Assembly (NCBI GenBank): GCA_023205875.1
Contig: CP060761.1
Coordinates: forward strand, 372,001-436,000
Length of the DNA: 64,000 nucleotides
Origin: Chloropicon primus
Lineage: Eukaryota
Direction: 5' to 3'
Below are positions 31,676 to 42,714 of this stretch, in pieces. The notes under the pieces were generated by a model. That model did not search any database, had not been told where the DNA came from, and saw only the letters and a program-made list of their open reading frames with translations. Within the stretch, counting starts at the first letter, position 1; every line of letters begins with the position of its first letter. Both the position numbers and the translations under genes were made by a program.

Positions 31676-34600
31676 ATGGAGCGTTGCTGCTGGGGAGCGT
31701 CGTCCTCGAGGATTGCGGCGAGGGCAGCGAAGGGGCGAGCCGGGCGGTCAAGGCGAAGCGTTACGTCCGTTACGTCCCGCTTGGCGTGCACCAGTCGCGG
31801 CGTCCTCGCTTCGGGCGGACGTTTGCGCTTGAAGGGATGGAGTTTGCAGGGTGAGAGGGCTGGAGTTGGAGATGGAGGAGGGAAGGGATGGTTTCGTGAG
31901 ACGAGGGGTGGGTGCCATGTCGTGGCGAGGGCCGTGAGCGAGAGGAAGTCTTCTTCGTACTCGGAGGAAGGGGAAGGGAGCGGACGGCGTCGAGAGGGGA
32001 GCAGCAGCACCAGCAGCAGCACCAGCAGGAGGTCGAGAGGTGGTGGAGACGGGAAGGGCAAGTGGGCTTCTTCGGGCAGGGGTGGAGGCGGAAGCAGGAA
32101 GGGTGCCTTGTACTCGCAATTCTTGGAGCTTTTGGGCCAGCAGACTGACTTTGGCTTGGCTGCGGTGGGTGCGGCTCCCGGGGCGAAGGCGGAGGGCACG
32201 GAAGCGAGGGGCCAAATCATGAAGAGGAAAGTCTCGAAGAGGAAGAAGGGCAAGAACTTCATGGAGGCTCAGAGGCATTTCTTCCGCCAGTGTGTTCTGC
32301 AAGGCCGGCTTGACCTCGCCATGACTTACGTGGAGACCCTGAACGAAGAGAGAGCGTTTGCTGAGAGGGGCATGGGGTACCAGGGCCTCCTCTCCGCGTG
32401 CGTGAGGTTGAGCGCATTTGACTCTGCGATTAAGGTGCACCAGAAGCAAGTGGAGCTGACGGGGGGCTCCAACGCCTTTGCGTACTCGATGCTGATCTCG
32501 CTTGCGGGGAAAATGGCGGCAAAGACGAGCCCGAGGGGGGTCGCTGGGAAGCAGCACGCGCCGCGCAGCAAAGGGGGGGCGGGCCGGGAGGGGCCGGGGA
32601 GCTCGAACCCCACGTACATCCACACGTATCTCGGCAACGAGTTCCAAGACAGCGGGGCCGAGGAGCCCTTCCCCCTTCTTGATTACGTGTCCCACTTTTT
32701 TGAAATGTCCGTCAGCGAGAGCTGCTGCAATGTGGTGGTCTGCAACGCTGCCTTGGATGCCTATGGGCGGAACTCCCTCAGCGACGAAGCCTTCAGGCTT
32801 CACGCGCGTATGCGGGGGGAGTTGGGAATCAAAGAAAACACGGAGACGTACAACATTCTGATGCAGACGGCCACGAGGGCGGGGAAGCACTCCATGGTCT
32901 TTGAGCTCCGCGAACAGATGAAGGAACTCGGCATCGAGCCCTCTGAGAGGACCTTTAGCATCCTTTTGGCCTCTGTTTCAAAGCTGCAGCATTTGCATCC
33001 CAGGCACCGGGCTCATGAGAGGAAGAAAATCCCTGCAGGGCAGGGGAGCGGCGACGCATCCGAAAGTCGTGTCGCAGACACTTTGCTTCAGGCCGGTGTA
33101 GCGAACTGGGCTTTCTCAACCCTTGAAGAGATGAAGGAGGCTGGCATCGAGGTGAACAATCACATTCTTAGCGCGCTCTTCAGTGCATGCGCAACGGAAG
33201 GCAAAGGGATTAACAGGTGCACCAAGCTCTTGTTCTGGTACATGGAGAAGAGCGAGGGAGGCGCGTCGATCGACTCAGCCGCAAAGGGCCCAAATGTCAA
33301 CGTGTGGTGCAGTTTCATCAAGTTGTGCGGGGCTTGCGGCGAGGTGGATCTCGCCATTCAAGTGTGCGAGAGGTACTGTGACAAGCCACTTAGCCCTTAC
33401 GTCAGGAGTTCTCTCTGCGCCGCTATTGCTGCAGCTGGAACAACGGCGGAGAAGATGCTGGAGGACACCCTGGAGAGTGACGACGATGAGGAAAAAGTAG
33501 AAGAAGCCTGGGATGAAGACAATGAGGGCGCTGAGGAGCAAGTGACCTACTACTCGAGGTTCGAGAGATACTGCAACAAAGCAATAAAGTGGCACAACGA
33601 TGCTCACAAGGAGTACCTCATGGAAATATTCATGGAGCAGGATGATCTGGATGCCCTGGATGCCCTGCCCAATGCAGCGAGCAAAGCTGGCGCGGAAAGT
33701 GCCCCAAGGGGGACAGACTTCAAGCGGGAGAGGGACGAGACAGTGGCTTGTAATGCGGTCATACACATGTGTGCGGTGTGCGGGCTCGTCCAGCAGGCGT
33801 TCAGAGCCTATGTTGACATGAGGAGGTGCAATCTGTTGCCAGACTGCACGACTTTCAATTCCCTCATTTGGGGCTGCAGCCGCGCAAACCAGCCTCAGAG
33901 GGCAATCAAGGCTTATGAGCACATGCAAAGCTTTGGCTTGGCTCCGGACGAAGTGACTTACGGAGTCCTGATGGATCTGTACGCGAACATGAAGGAGCCT
34001 GACCAGTGCATGAAGCTCTTCATCAAAATGAAGGAAGAGGGCATCATGCCGAACATCGTGCACTACACGAGCTTGATCAACGCTTATGGCAAGGCGGGGA
34101 CTCAGGACAGCGTTCAAAAGTCCTTTCTCATTTATAAGATGATGAAGACGCAGGGCATCAAACCCACCGAGGTAACCTTGAGTTGCTTGATTGACGCGTG
34201 CAGGCGGATCTACGACGTAGACAGGGCATTCCAGTACTTTGTGGACGTCTGCAAGGAGGGGATTGTTCCGACCAATGGCACCTACCACCACATGCTCAAG
34301 ATCTGCTATGCTCACGGGAGGGTTGACGAGGCACTTGCGTTGATCCTGAAAACAATTTCCGAAGAGATGCCGGACAGGAAGAAGAGAAAGGAGACTCTTG
34401 ATGCCTTGATAGTGGCCTTGAGTGAGGAGAGGCTTGTTGACAAAGCAATCAGCGTCTACGAGAGGATCACGGCCAAGAACGAGTTTGGCCTCTTCAAGGT
34501 AGGCTCTCCGTCTCTTGTGGCCCTTTGCGTCTCATGCTGCGAGGAGGGTTACCCTCTTGAGGCCTACTCCGTCTTCAAGGAGATCAGGAGTGGTCTCGGG

Positions 34601-35398
34601 GAAGGACAGGACGAGGCAGACAGGGGCAGCCCATCGGAGACAGATATGTCCAATGTGTACAGCGCCCTTGTGCAGTCCCTCGGAAGCGGTGGGCAGTACA
34701 AGGACATGGTCGAAGTAAGCAAAGAGTGCGCTGAGGAGGGCCACGAGCTCAGCGTGCCGGCGCGGGTGGCGTTCGTAACAGCCTGCTGCAACGCGCAGCT
34801 CCTTCACCAAGCGCGGCAGTCCTTCTTGTCTCTGACGACGTCAACGGCAGCGAGGGGAGTCGAGGGGGAGGCTCCCGGCCTGTTCTGGCTTGAGCACTGC
34901 CTGGACACAGAAGAAGACAGAGAGAAGCTGAAAGCCATGTTCGACACTCTCATTGTCTCGAGCTGCCGAGGAAATATGACGGAATTCGCCCTCGAGGCCT
35001 TTGACGTCTGGCGCTCTGTATCCTGGGAGCTCGAGAAGCAGGACTCGAAAATGGGCACGAGCCTCAGGCTCAGCTCCGTCACCCTTGCCTTCCTCGAGTC
35101 ATGCTGCAGGAAGGACGAGGCCCTTGAGTGGAGAGTCTTTGACGTGTGCGCCGAGATGAGGCGCCAGCAGTACAACAAGAAAGCGGTGAAGAAGGAGCTT
35201 GAGAGCGGCGCCCATCCAAAAATATCGCATCACTTTGATGAGACCTCCTTTGCTCAAGGACGAGGCGGTTTCTCCGGGAACCGAGACTACGACTATGACT
35301 ACGAGCAGGAGGACGGCGAGGGTGACCTGGATTACAGCTTGAGCGACGGGGATGAGGAGGGCGACGGGGATTACGCGGACTATGATGAGTACGAGTGA
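31676..35398 (+). CDS. Organellar pentatricopeptide repeat (P-class PPR) protein
   Basis: Tandem 35-aa repeats: VVCNAALDAYGR, ETYNILM, PDCTTFNSLIWGC, PDEVTYGVLMDLY, PNIVHYTSLINAYGKAG, PTEVTLSCLIDAC. Start uncertain. Confidence 0.92.
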   Translation: MERCCWGASSSRIAARAAKGRAGRSRRSVTSVTSRLACTSRGVLASGGRLRLKGWSLQGERAGVGDGGGKGWFRETRGGCHVVARAVSERKSSSYSEEGEGSGRRREGSSSTSSSTSRRSRGGGDGKGKWASSGRGGGGSRKGALYSQFLELLGQQTDFGLAAVGAAPGAKAEGTEARGQIMKRKVSKRKKGKNFMEAQRHFFRQCVLQGRLDLAMTYVETLNEERAFAERGMGYQGLLSACVRLSAFDSAIKVHQKQVELTGGSNAFAYSMLISLAGKMAAKTSPRGVAGKQHAPRSKGGAGREGPGSSNPTYIHTYLGNEFQDSGAEEPFPLLDYVSHFFEMSVSESCCNVVVCNAALDAYGRNSLSDEAFRLHARMRGELGIKENTETYNILMQTATRAGKHSMVFELREQMKELGIEPSERTFSILLASVSKLQHLHPRHRAHERKKIPAGQGSGDASESRVADTLLQAGVANWAFSTLEEMKEAGIEVNNHILSALFSACATEGKGINRCTKLLFWYMEKSEGGASIDSAAKGPNVNVWCSFIKLCGACGEVDLAIQVCERYCDKPLSPYVRSSLCAAIAAAGTTAEKMLEDTLESDDDEEKVEEAWDEDNEGAEEQVTYYSRFERYCNKAIKWHNDAHKEYLMEIFMEQDDLDALDALPNAASKAGAESAPRGTDFKRERDETVACNAVIHMCAVCGLVQQAFRAYVDMRRCNLLPDCTTFNSLIWGCSRANQPQRAIKAYEHMQSFGLAPDEVTYGVLMDLYANMKEPDQCMKLFIKMKEEGIMPNIVHYTSLINAYGKAGTQDSVQKSFLIYKMMKTQGIKPTEVTLSCLIDACRRIYDVDRAFQYFVDVCKEGIVPTNGTYHHMLKICYAHGRVDEALALILKTISEEMPDRKKRKETLDALIVALSEERLVDKAISVYERITAKNEFGLFKVGSPSLVALCVSCCEEGYPLEAYSVFKEIRSGLGEGQDEADRGSPSETDMSNVYSALVQSLGSGGQYKDMVEVSKECAEEGHELSVPARVAFVTACCNAQLLHQARQSFLSLTTSTAARGVEGEAPGLFWLEHCLDTEEDREKLKAMFDTLIVSSCRGNMTEFALEAFDVWRSVSWELEKQDSKMGTSLRLSSVTLAFLESCCRKDEALEWRVFDVCAEMRRQQYNKKAVKKELESGAHPKISHHFDETSFAQGRGGFSGNRDYDYDYEQEDGEGDLDYSLSDGDEEGDGDYADYDEYE

Positions 35399-35493
35399 GG
35401 GGCTCGAAAGTGGCGGCGTTATGGCTTCTGCCCAGCACTCTCGGTGTGGTGCAAAATCGCTCTCTCTCTCTCTCCCGTATCAATTCAAATAAA

Positions 35494-36006
35494 TCACTCG
35501 TTATTAATGCACAAAACAAGGGAGCAACTGCAGCAGGGCAGGAGAATGCTGGTGCCTTTCTCGGGCTTGTCCTCCTCCCCAATCTCAAAGGTATCGCCGC
35601 AACGGCACTCGAACTTGTACGTCTCCTCGCCCTCGTCGTACCTCAGCTCTGACAGGGACACTTCCTTGTCCGCCTCCACAGAGTCTTCCCCGTCTCCGCC
35701 CTGCCGCAGGAGCTCCTCATCGTACCTGTACCGTTCCTTGGGGTCACTGAGAGTCGCCCAGGCGCTCTGCACTTCCAGGAAGGCCTTGTTCTGATCCCCT
35801 CCAGTCCCCTTCCCCTCGCCGCGCGGACCACCGTGTCCCAATACCTTCGAACAAGCAGCAACTTCCCCCTCGTTGCCCTTCTTGTCCGGGTGCGTCCTCA
35901 AGGCTGCCTTCCTGTACGCCCGCTTCAGCTCCTCCGCCGAGCAGTTCGTGTTGTCCTCCAACCCGAGCACCGAGTACAGGGACTTCCCAGGGTCTCCTTC
36001 CTGCAT
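35494..36006 (-). CDS. DPH4: Diphthamide biosynthesis J-domain + CSL zinc finger protein (DNAJC24)
   Basis: J-domain LYSVLGL...AYRKAALRTHPDK; zf-CSL CRCG...LLPCCSCSL. Confidence 0.9.
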   Translation of the reverse strand: MQEGDPGKSLYSVLGLEDNTNCSAEELKRAYRKAALRTHPDKKGNEGEVAACSKVLGHGGPRGEGKGTGGDQNKAFLEVQSAWATLSDPKERYRYDEELLRQGGDGEDSVEADKEVSLSELRYDEGEETYKFECRCGDTFEIGEEDKPEKGTSILLPCCSCSLVLCINNE

Positions 36007-36643
36007 GCCACAACCATGAACTCGAGCCAACCAACGCCACGCCACGTCCCTCACGTCTCACTCCGTGCCTCGTGCGGGTACTCGATTGAAAGATCGCGAG
36101 ACGATATTTCGTCCTGCGCCCTCCCTCTCTCGCGTCCTCCTCCTCCTCCGACCACAAACGCGGACTCACACTCCTCTCCTCGGCCCTCCCCTCGACGCTC
36201 GATGCCCTTCCAATGGCCTTCCCTCCTCCGTCCGTGCGACCCAGCGGTCAACCAAGGGCTCTTTGGAAAGATCTCGCGACGCCCTTCGCTCTACACCTCC
36301 CTCGCTCGCGTCGTTCTCGACCTTGGTACCGAAAACGTCAACCAGAGGTCTCCCTCCACTCTATGGCCAACAGACGCTCGCTGCCAGGTAATTCAAAAAA
36401 GTCTGAGCAGAGGAGGAGAACCAGGTGAGTGGAGGAGAGAAACGAGGAGTTTGAGGACGGAGGAGGGGAGGAGGGGCGAAAGTGGTGGAATAATGTTGAA
36501 TATTGTTACTCTTCTCTTTCGAGGGAGCCCTCCCTTGAAAAGAATGGCCAAGGGATGAGGATTTGAGGACGGAGTACTGACGGTTTTCGTTTGGTTCACC
36601 TGATTTTGATGGGACGTTGTGGAGGGAAGAGAGAGAGGGCGCG

Positions 36644-37057
36644 ATGCTTCTGGACGATAGGCGTAAGATTGGGCTGGGCCTGACGGGGTTCGGAGTGTTC
36701 TTCATGTTCCTTGGGGCTCTTTTCTTCTTCGATAGGGGCTTCTTGGCCATGGGAAACCTCCTGTTCCTCTCAGGTGTGACGATGATCATAGGGCCCAAGG
36801 CAACGATAAGGTTCTTCAGCAGGAAGAGGTCGAGGAGGGGAAGCATATCGTTCTTCTTGGGCTTTGCGCTGGTGCTGTGGGGCTGGCCAATGATAGGACT
36901 CGTGATCGAATCGTACGGGATCTTCCTCCTGTTTGCAGGTTTCTTGCCCACGATACTCATGTTCCTCAAGAAGTTTCCACCGTTGGGCGCCCTCCTGGAC
37001 AAGCCGTGGATCAAGCAGATGCTGAACAAAGTTGCACCATCCAACTTGCCCGTGTAA
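36644..37057 (+). CDS. GOT1: Golgi transport protein GOT1
   Basis: LDDRRKIGLGLTGFG...FFDRGFLAMGNLLF...IESYGIFLLF.GF.P. Confidence 0.95.
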   Translation: MLLDDRRKIGLGLTGFGVFFMFLGALFFFDRGFLAMGNLLFLSGVTMIIGPKATIRFFSRKRSRRGSISFFLGFALVLWGWPMIGLVIESYGIFLLFAGFLPTILMFLKKFPPLGALLDKPWIKQMLNKVAPSNLPV

Positions 37058-37323
37058 GGGCGGGGCTAACCCCAGCCTCTTCGGTTCCTTTCTTCATATC
37101 AAGTGGGGACGCCGGCTGCCAACCCGCGCGGGGGACGAGGGCCTCGGGACTTGGGAGGGGGCCGGCCTCACCACGAGGGGGGAGGAAGGAAGAACTTGTA
37201 AACAAAAGAAACACTCACACGCAGACACAGTCTGCGTCACACAGAGAGAAAATCATTATAATCAATCTAGAAAAAAAAATTCTTCTTTGATCTTTTGCCC
37301 CGACCTCCTCAGGGCAAGCCCGT

Positions 37324-38861
37324 TCACTTCTCGTTGAAATATCTGTTCTGCTTCATCTCCCTCCTAATCCTTTGCACGTAAGCGTCCACATCGAACTTCC
37401 TCTTGCACCCGTTGTAGTTCATGTACCTGATCTTGCCAAAGACTTCTCTCTCCCTCCAGCCTTGGTCGTGGGTCCCGCAGATGCTCCACATGCAGCCCAC
37501 GTAGCCGTTCGGGTCCCTCCCGTCCAGGGAGTACTTGTCGTTCAGGTAGATGGCGATGTCAAGGGCCTCCTCTGGCGAGGCCGTCCACTCGAGAATCTTT
37601 TTCGCCCAATACATTCTCATGAATCCGTGCATCTTCCCGAAGCTGGTGAGCTCCTTCTGCGCCGCGTTCCACAGGTCATCGTGGGTCCTGGCCTGCTCCA
37701 GAGCCTCCTTGTCGTACAGATGCTCCCGCTTGTCCGAGGAGTGGATCTGGAGGGTCTCTTGGGCCCAAGACGCGGCGCCTTTGACAGAATCGTAGAGGTC
37801 GTTGTAAAAGCAAAAGTTGTCGCTCAACTCTCTCCTGACCACGAGCTCCTCAAGGTAGTTGTCCACGCTCTTGTTGGACGACGGGTTGTTCTTCTTGAAA
37901 CCAATGGCCTCGATGGCGCATCGCTGCGCGGAGAGTTGCCCGAAGTGGAGGTACGGGGACAAGTTGCTCAGAGCCGCCGGCTTGTTCGGGTTGTTCCTGA
38001 GCTCGTCATACTTGTTCATCCTCATCTTGGTCAGGAAGCTGTTGTCCTCCCCCTTGAGCGCTCTCAGTGCCGCCTCCTCTCCCGGCTCGCACCACGACAC
38101 CTCCGGCACGTCGGACTGCCCCTTCTCCCTCGCCAGGGCCACCAGATCGTCCCATGCCACCGCGTTAGGTTCCCCAAAGCTTCCCTTGGTGTTGGAAAAG
38201 TCAAAGTCCTGCTTGCGGGGCTTCGGGATCGCCCGCAGGTACTGGGGGATGTTTCGGTGAATCTTGCTCCTGATCGTCCTTGCGGCGTACTCTTGCTTGT
38301 TGCTCGTGATCCAGATGGGGACGATGTTGTGCGCGTCCACTTCGTGAAAGGGGATCTGGATGGAGCCCGCCACGCTGTCCCTCCACTGCCTCGCTTCCCT
38401 CAAGGGGGAGAAGTCCGTGACGAGGGCCGCGGCATCCCAGGCAGCTATCACGTCGGCCACCACCGCGGCCGGCTCCCCCAGCACCAAGTGGAACGGGACG
38501 TTCAGCGCGGCCAAATGCTTTTGCATCTCCTGGAGTCCCTTGATCATGAACAAGGAGTGGCGATGGCCGAGCCTCAACTGGCTCTCGGTGAGGACGAACA
38601 GGACCACGACCGCCTTACCCTTGGTCTCCGCAACGTGCAAGGCGTGGAGCAGGGCCCAGTTGTCCCGAGCCCTCTGGTCCCTGTCGCAGAGGTACACGAC
38701 CGGTCCGCTGGCTTTGTGATTCTCGGCGCCGGCGACATTGAGCTCGCGCCAGCGCGATTTGTGAACCGCCCTCGTTGGCTTGAGAGCGAAACAAGGGGCG
38801 GTCGCGCGAAGAAGAAGAAGAAGACACGATGGTGATGGTGGTGCACCGCGGGGTCAGCAAG

Positions 38862-38910
<49 letters not shown>

Positions 38911-39406
38911 GTGCGTATGTGTGTCTGCAGTCTGTGGCACTCCACTTACCTTGCTCTCGGCTGACATGGTCTCCGTCATGTCACTCTCGACCGCCCAGCC
39001 AAAAGAAGATGCTTTGCCCTTGGCCTTGGCACCAGCAGAAACCCTTGGCCCACGGAAGCTTCGGTCACCTGAGAAGCTGCAAGAGGAAGAAGAAGAAGGT
39101 CTCCAGAACCCTGCACGAATGCTCGTCGGTGAAAACGCTGAAGCTCGGTGAGCCGAATACGAACACGAACACGAAGACTTCCCAAGGTGAAACCTAGAGG
39201 AACCCAAGAAAAGAAAAGAAAAAAGCAAGCAAGCAGCAACTTCACAATCAATACACGTTCGAGCGATCTATGCACGAATGACGTCCCCGAGAGAAGTCTG
39301 CAAGGAAAGGAAGGTGAGTTGCGTGTTGTGGGAAGGCAGCGGTGTCATGACGAAGGTGGAGGTCCGCGGCAAGAGTGTCGTACCTCGTCGCCGCCCTCGA
39401 GAACAT
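37324..39406 (-). CDS. PHR2: Class II CPD photolyase (exons 39406-39384, 39193-38950, 38778-37324)
   Basis: RDQRARDNWAL, EVDAHNIVP, EYAARTIR, LSPYLHFGQ, EELVVRRELSDNFC, KMHGFMRMYWAKKILEW, DGRDPNG. The 5' exons are inferred from in-frame GT-AG joins. Confidence 0.93.
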
Positions 39407-40310
39407 CCACTATGCGCGCCTCGACTTCACCTCCACCTGTGGCGCCTGATTCCCTGATATTTGTGGCTGCTGGGGGCGAGAAAAAAAAATCGTGGCTGTG
39501 AGGCCGTGAGGCCGTCCACGTGTCAGGACACGGTGGCACCAAAAAGGAAAGGAAAGGGAAAGGGAAAGGGAAAGGAAAGGAGAGGGAGAGGACGACTGCA
39601 ATCGATCTTCTCCTCCTCCTTGGCCTCGCCTTGCTGGCTTCGACAATATCCTCCACCACATTCACCTCCCCCAAACACACACACAAAAAAGTCCTGGCTT
39701 GCAGTTCGTTGTGCAAGTTGGTCCCTTTGCAGTTGGATCCAGGTCGATCGGACGGGTCTCTTGGCTTTGGTTCCACGACGACGACGACGATGGATGGGAT
39801 GGATGGATCGTGACTCGTGACTCGTGACACGTCTCGTTCTTCTCTTGTTTTGTCTCTCCTTCCTTCCTTCCTTCCTTTCTCTTCCAAAAGGTCAGTCACC
39901 GTCTCTGAGAGTTTGTGTTGTGGAAGGGAGAATCGCTTGCGGACGTCGAAAGCCAGCCAGAGAGGCAAATCGCGAGACCGTGTCCCCCTCGATCTGGCTT
40001 TCCCTCTCCCCCGATCACTGTCGTCTTTAGTCCACCTTTGTCCGTACTTCCTCGGGGCAAGAGCACAGTCCACCATTTTCTTGCAAGCGAGGCACGAATC
40101 CAAAGCAAGAGACGACGAGGATCCTCACCACGGCCTTCCCTTCTGGACCCCTTCCCTCTCCGACCGCTATCTATCTTGCCAATGGACGCCATCGCCATCT
40201 TCTCATCGCTTTCGCGCCCAAAAAAAACTGAAAGCGAGCGCCGATCATTCACGGGGATCGAACGAGGGCGAGGCGAGGGAGAGGAAGAGGGCTTGAGGGC
40301 GAGCGTTACG

Positions 40311-41612
40311 ATGGTGGAAGGTGTTATCGTTCCGACGGACGTCATCCTGTCCAAAGCTTCCGAGCTTTTGCGTGAGTACGACACGACGACGACGACGAAG
40401 ACGACGACGGGGAGGAGTGATGATGATGATGATGATGATGTTCGACAGCAGGTGAAGGAGGAGATCGTGGAGGACCTCAAAGCGGAGTACGGGAGAGCGT
40501 CGGTGGACTCGGCGTCGATGGCGGTTAAGGAAGCGATCGATCAGCACTTTGCGACGATCGCGGCGGGGAGGCCTCGTCCTTCTGCGCCGACGAGGAAGAG
40601 GGACGACGGCGAGGAACACGGTGGTCACGTGAAGAGGGCGAGGGCCGAGGGGAAGGAGGCAGGCGAGGCGGAGGCCTTGCAGCTTGAGCTGGCGAGCGGC
40701 CTGTTTGTCACCACCCAGTTCTATGGGGGGAAGAAGCTCCTTTCCTTGAGGAAACACTTCCAGAAGGACGACAAGTGGCTGCCCACGAAGAAGGGAGTGA
40801 GCCTCGCCACAGACCAGTGGTCCGTGCTTTGCTCCAAGGTCTCCGAGGTCTCCAACGCTTTGGCGGCCAAGGACACGGGGTTTGCGTGCGATCTCGGGGG
40901 AGGGGGAAAGCGCGTGACGATCAGCGACTACAAGGGCAAGGACTACGTGGACGTCAGGCAGTGGTATCAAAAGGCGGGCGAGTCGGCGTGGCAGCCCACT
41001 TCCAAGGGCGTGAGCCTGAGCAAGGACGCTTGGGGGAAGCTGGTCGATCACCTCGAGCCGATCACCCAAAACATGGAGGGCGGCGGCGGTGCCACCCCCG
41101 CCCTCAAGCCCGCAGCTGCTCCGGTGGCAAAGGCGGGCGTGGCCGCTCCGGCCCCGGCCGAGGCGCCCGCCCGGGCCTCCGCCGGTCCCACGGCCACCCC
41201 GGGAGAGGTCGAGGTGGCCCTCTCGTCCACGAGGTACTTGAAGGTTCGGGAGAACAAGAACTCCAAGCTCGCGGACTTTCGAGAGTTTTATCAAAAGAAC
41301 GGGGCCTTGCACCCGGGGAAGAAGGGGATCGCACTCGCAAAAGCTCAGTGGTCGGTCTTGTACGCGAATCTTTCTCAGATCGACGCGGCCTTGAAGGAAA
41401 GGAACACGGCGTATGACCTCGAGCTTTCGTCCGGCAGGCGCGTCAGAATCAGCGACTTCAGGGGAAAGCACTACGTGGACATCCGTGAGTGGTGGCAGAA
41501 GGCCGGAGAGGCAAAGTGGCTTCCGGGAAAGAAGGGCATCTCCCTGAACCCCGATCAGTGGGCCATGGCGATGGGCAACGCTGGCCAGGTCGACGCGGCC
41601 ATGGGGAACTGA
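40311..41612 (+). CDS. KELP/PC4-like ssDNA-binding transcriptional coactivator with four PC4 domains
   Basis: Four PC4 motifs ([VI]D[VI]R.[WF]Y...P.KKG[VI]SL...QW); helical DEK_C-like N-terminus. Start uncertain. Confidence 0.85.
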   Translation: MVEGVIVPTDVILSKASELLREYDTTTTTKTTTGRSDDDDDDDVRQQVKEEIVEDLKAEYGRASVDSASMAVKEAIDQHFATIAAGRPRPSAPTRKRDDGEEHGGHVKRARAEGKEAGEAEALQLELASGLFVTTQFYGGKKLLSLRKHFQKDDKWLPTKKGVSLATDQWSVLCSKVSEVSNALAAKDTGFACDLGGGGKRVTISDYKGKDYVDVRQWYQKAGESAWQPTSKGVSLSKDAWGKLVDHLEPITQNMEGGGGATPALKPAAAPVAKAGVAAPAPAEAPARASAGPTATPGEVEVALSSTRYLKVRENKNSKLADFREFYQKNGALHPGKKGIALAKAQWSVLYANLSQIDAALKERNTAYDLELSSGRRVRISDFRGKHYVDIREWWQKAGEAKWLPGKKGISLNPDQWAMAMGNAGQVDAAMGN

Positions 41613-41701
41613 CCAAACGCAAAGGGGGCCCTCGCCTGTGTACAATACCAAGAACTAGAATGATTGTAGAATAAAGGAACACAACTATGTGGTCAGTCAA
41701 G

Positions 41702-42517
41702 TTAGTCAGTGATACCCTCAATGGAAACAAAGGTTTGACCCTCCCTGGTCATGCTGTGCACCTCTTCGACGACCGCGACGGGTATTCCCCCCACGACGTG
41801 AGGGCAGATCCAATTCGTCCAGCTTTCTCCGACCTGCGTGTCGCCCACAGGCATAGCTTCTTCGTCCCTGACGTGAATCCCAGCTTTCCTCAACGACGTC
41901 CTCGTGAACTGGAGGCAAACCCAGCTGTCCACGCTCTCCTGGTAGAAGTGGTTGGCCGTCTCGATCAGGCGAGAGGGGACGCCGGTGGCGTGGGTGTAGA
42001 ACCCATCCTCCTCGAACGTTGGAGGATAGTACGCCTCCCCGGTCTCTACGCACTTTTCCCACAACTTCTTCTCGGTCATGTGGAACAGCACCTCGGGCCT
42101 TTCCTCGACCTCGGCCTTGTGCAGCTCCTTCAGCTTCCTCGAGATGGCTTCCCCAGCCTCGTCCTCGTCCTCCCGGATGCACCTGTCAGGGCTGAACGCC
42201 GGGAGGCACACGGGAACGTAACTCCCAGCCTCCAGGAACTCTGGCTTGAACCTCTCTCCCTTCTCCACCAAGACGGTGTCCCCCGCGCCAACCTCCACCT
42301 TGCCGCCATCGCTCGAGTGCAGCACCATCCTCCCCTCAAGCATGCAGATCCACTCGTCGTAGTGAAGGGTGAGCCAGGGCTCAGACCCCGGGCCGTGGAT
42401 CACCACCCTCGCAATCGAGATCCTGTCATCCTTGCTGGCAACGTTCCCAGCGAGCTCCGTGATCTGGAACTCCGGGGCATCTGCAACCACTTCGTGCCTT
42501 CCTACGATCTTCGGCAT
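41702..42517 (-). CDS. EutQ-like cupin + DUF952 fusion protein
   Basis: Cupin ITELAGNVAS...SEPWLTLHYDEWICMLEG...VCLPAFSPD; DUF952 LFHMTEKKLWE...YYPPTFEEDGFYTHAT...CPHVVGGIP. Confidence 0.8.
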   Translation of the reverse strand: MPKIVGRHEVVADAPEFQITELAGNVASKDDRISIARVVIHGPGSEPWLTLHYDEWICMLEGRMVLHSSDGGKVEVGAGDTVLVEKGERFKPEFLEAGSYVPVCLPAFSPDRCIREDEDEAGEAISRKLKELHKAEVEERPEVLFHMTEKKLWEKCVETGEAYYPPTFEEDGFYTHATGVPSRLIETANHFYQESVDSWVCLQFTRTSLRKAGIHVRDEEAMPVGDTQVGESWTNWICPHVVGGIPVAVVEEVHSMTREGQTFVSIEGITD

Positions 42518-42714
42518 AGCGTTCGTGATGAACACGCAGACAGACTCAGACTGGAGGGAGCAAGAGAGCAGAGGACGACACGACACTTGTGGTGGTGGTG
42601 GTCCTGCTGCTGACGGTGGTGTTGGTGATGATGATGAGGATACTTGCGAAGTCACCGTCCTCTGCTCTGTCCCTCTCGCAGCCTCGTTTATCCCGATGAG
42701 GTGATCCATCGTGC

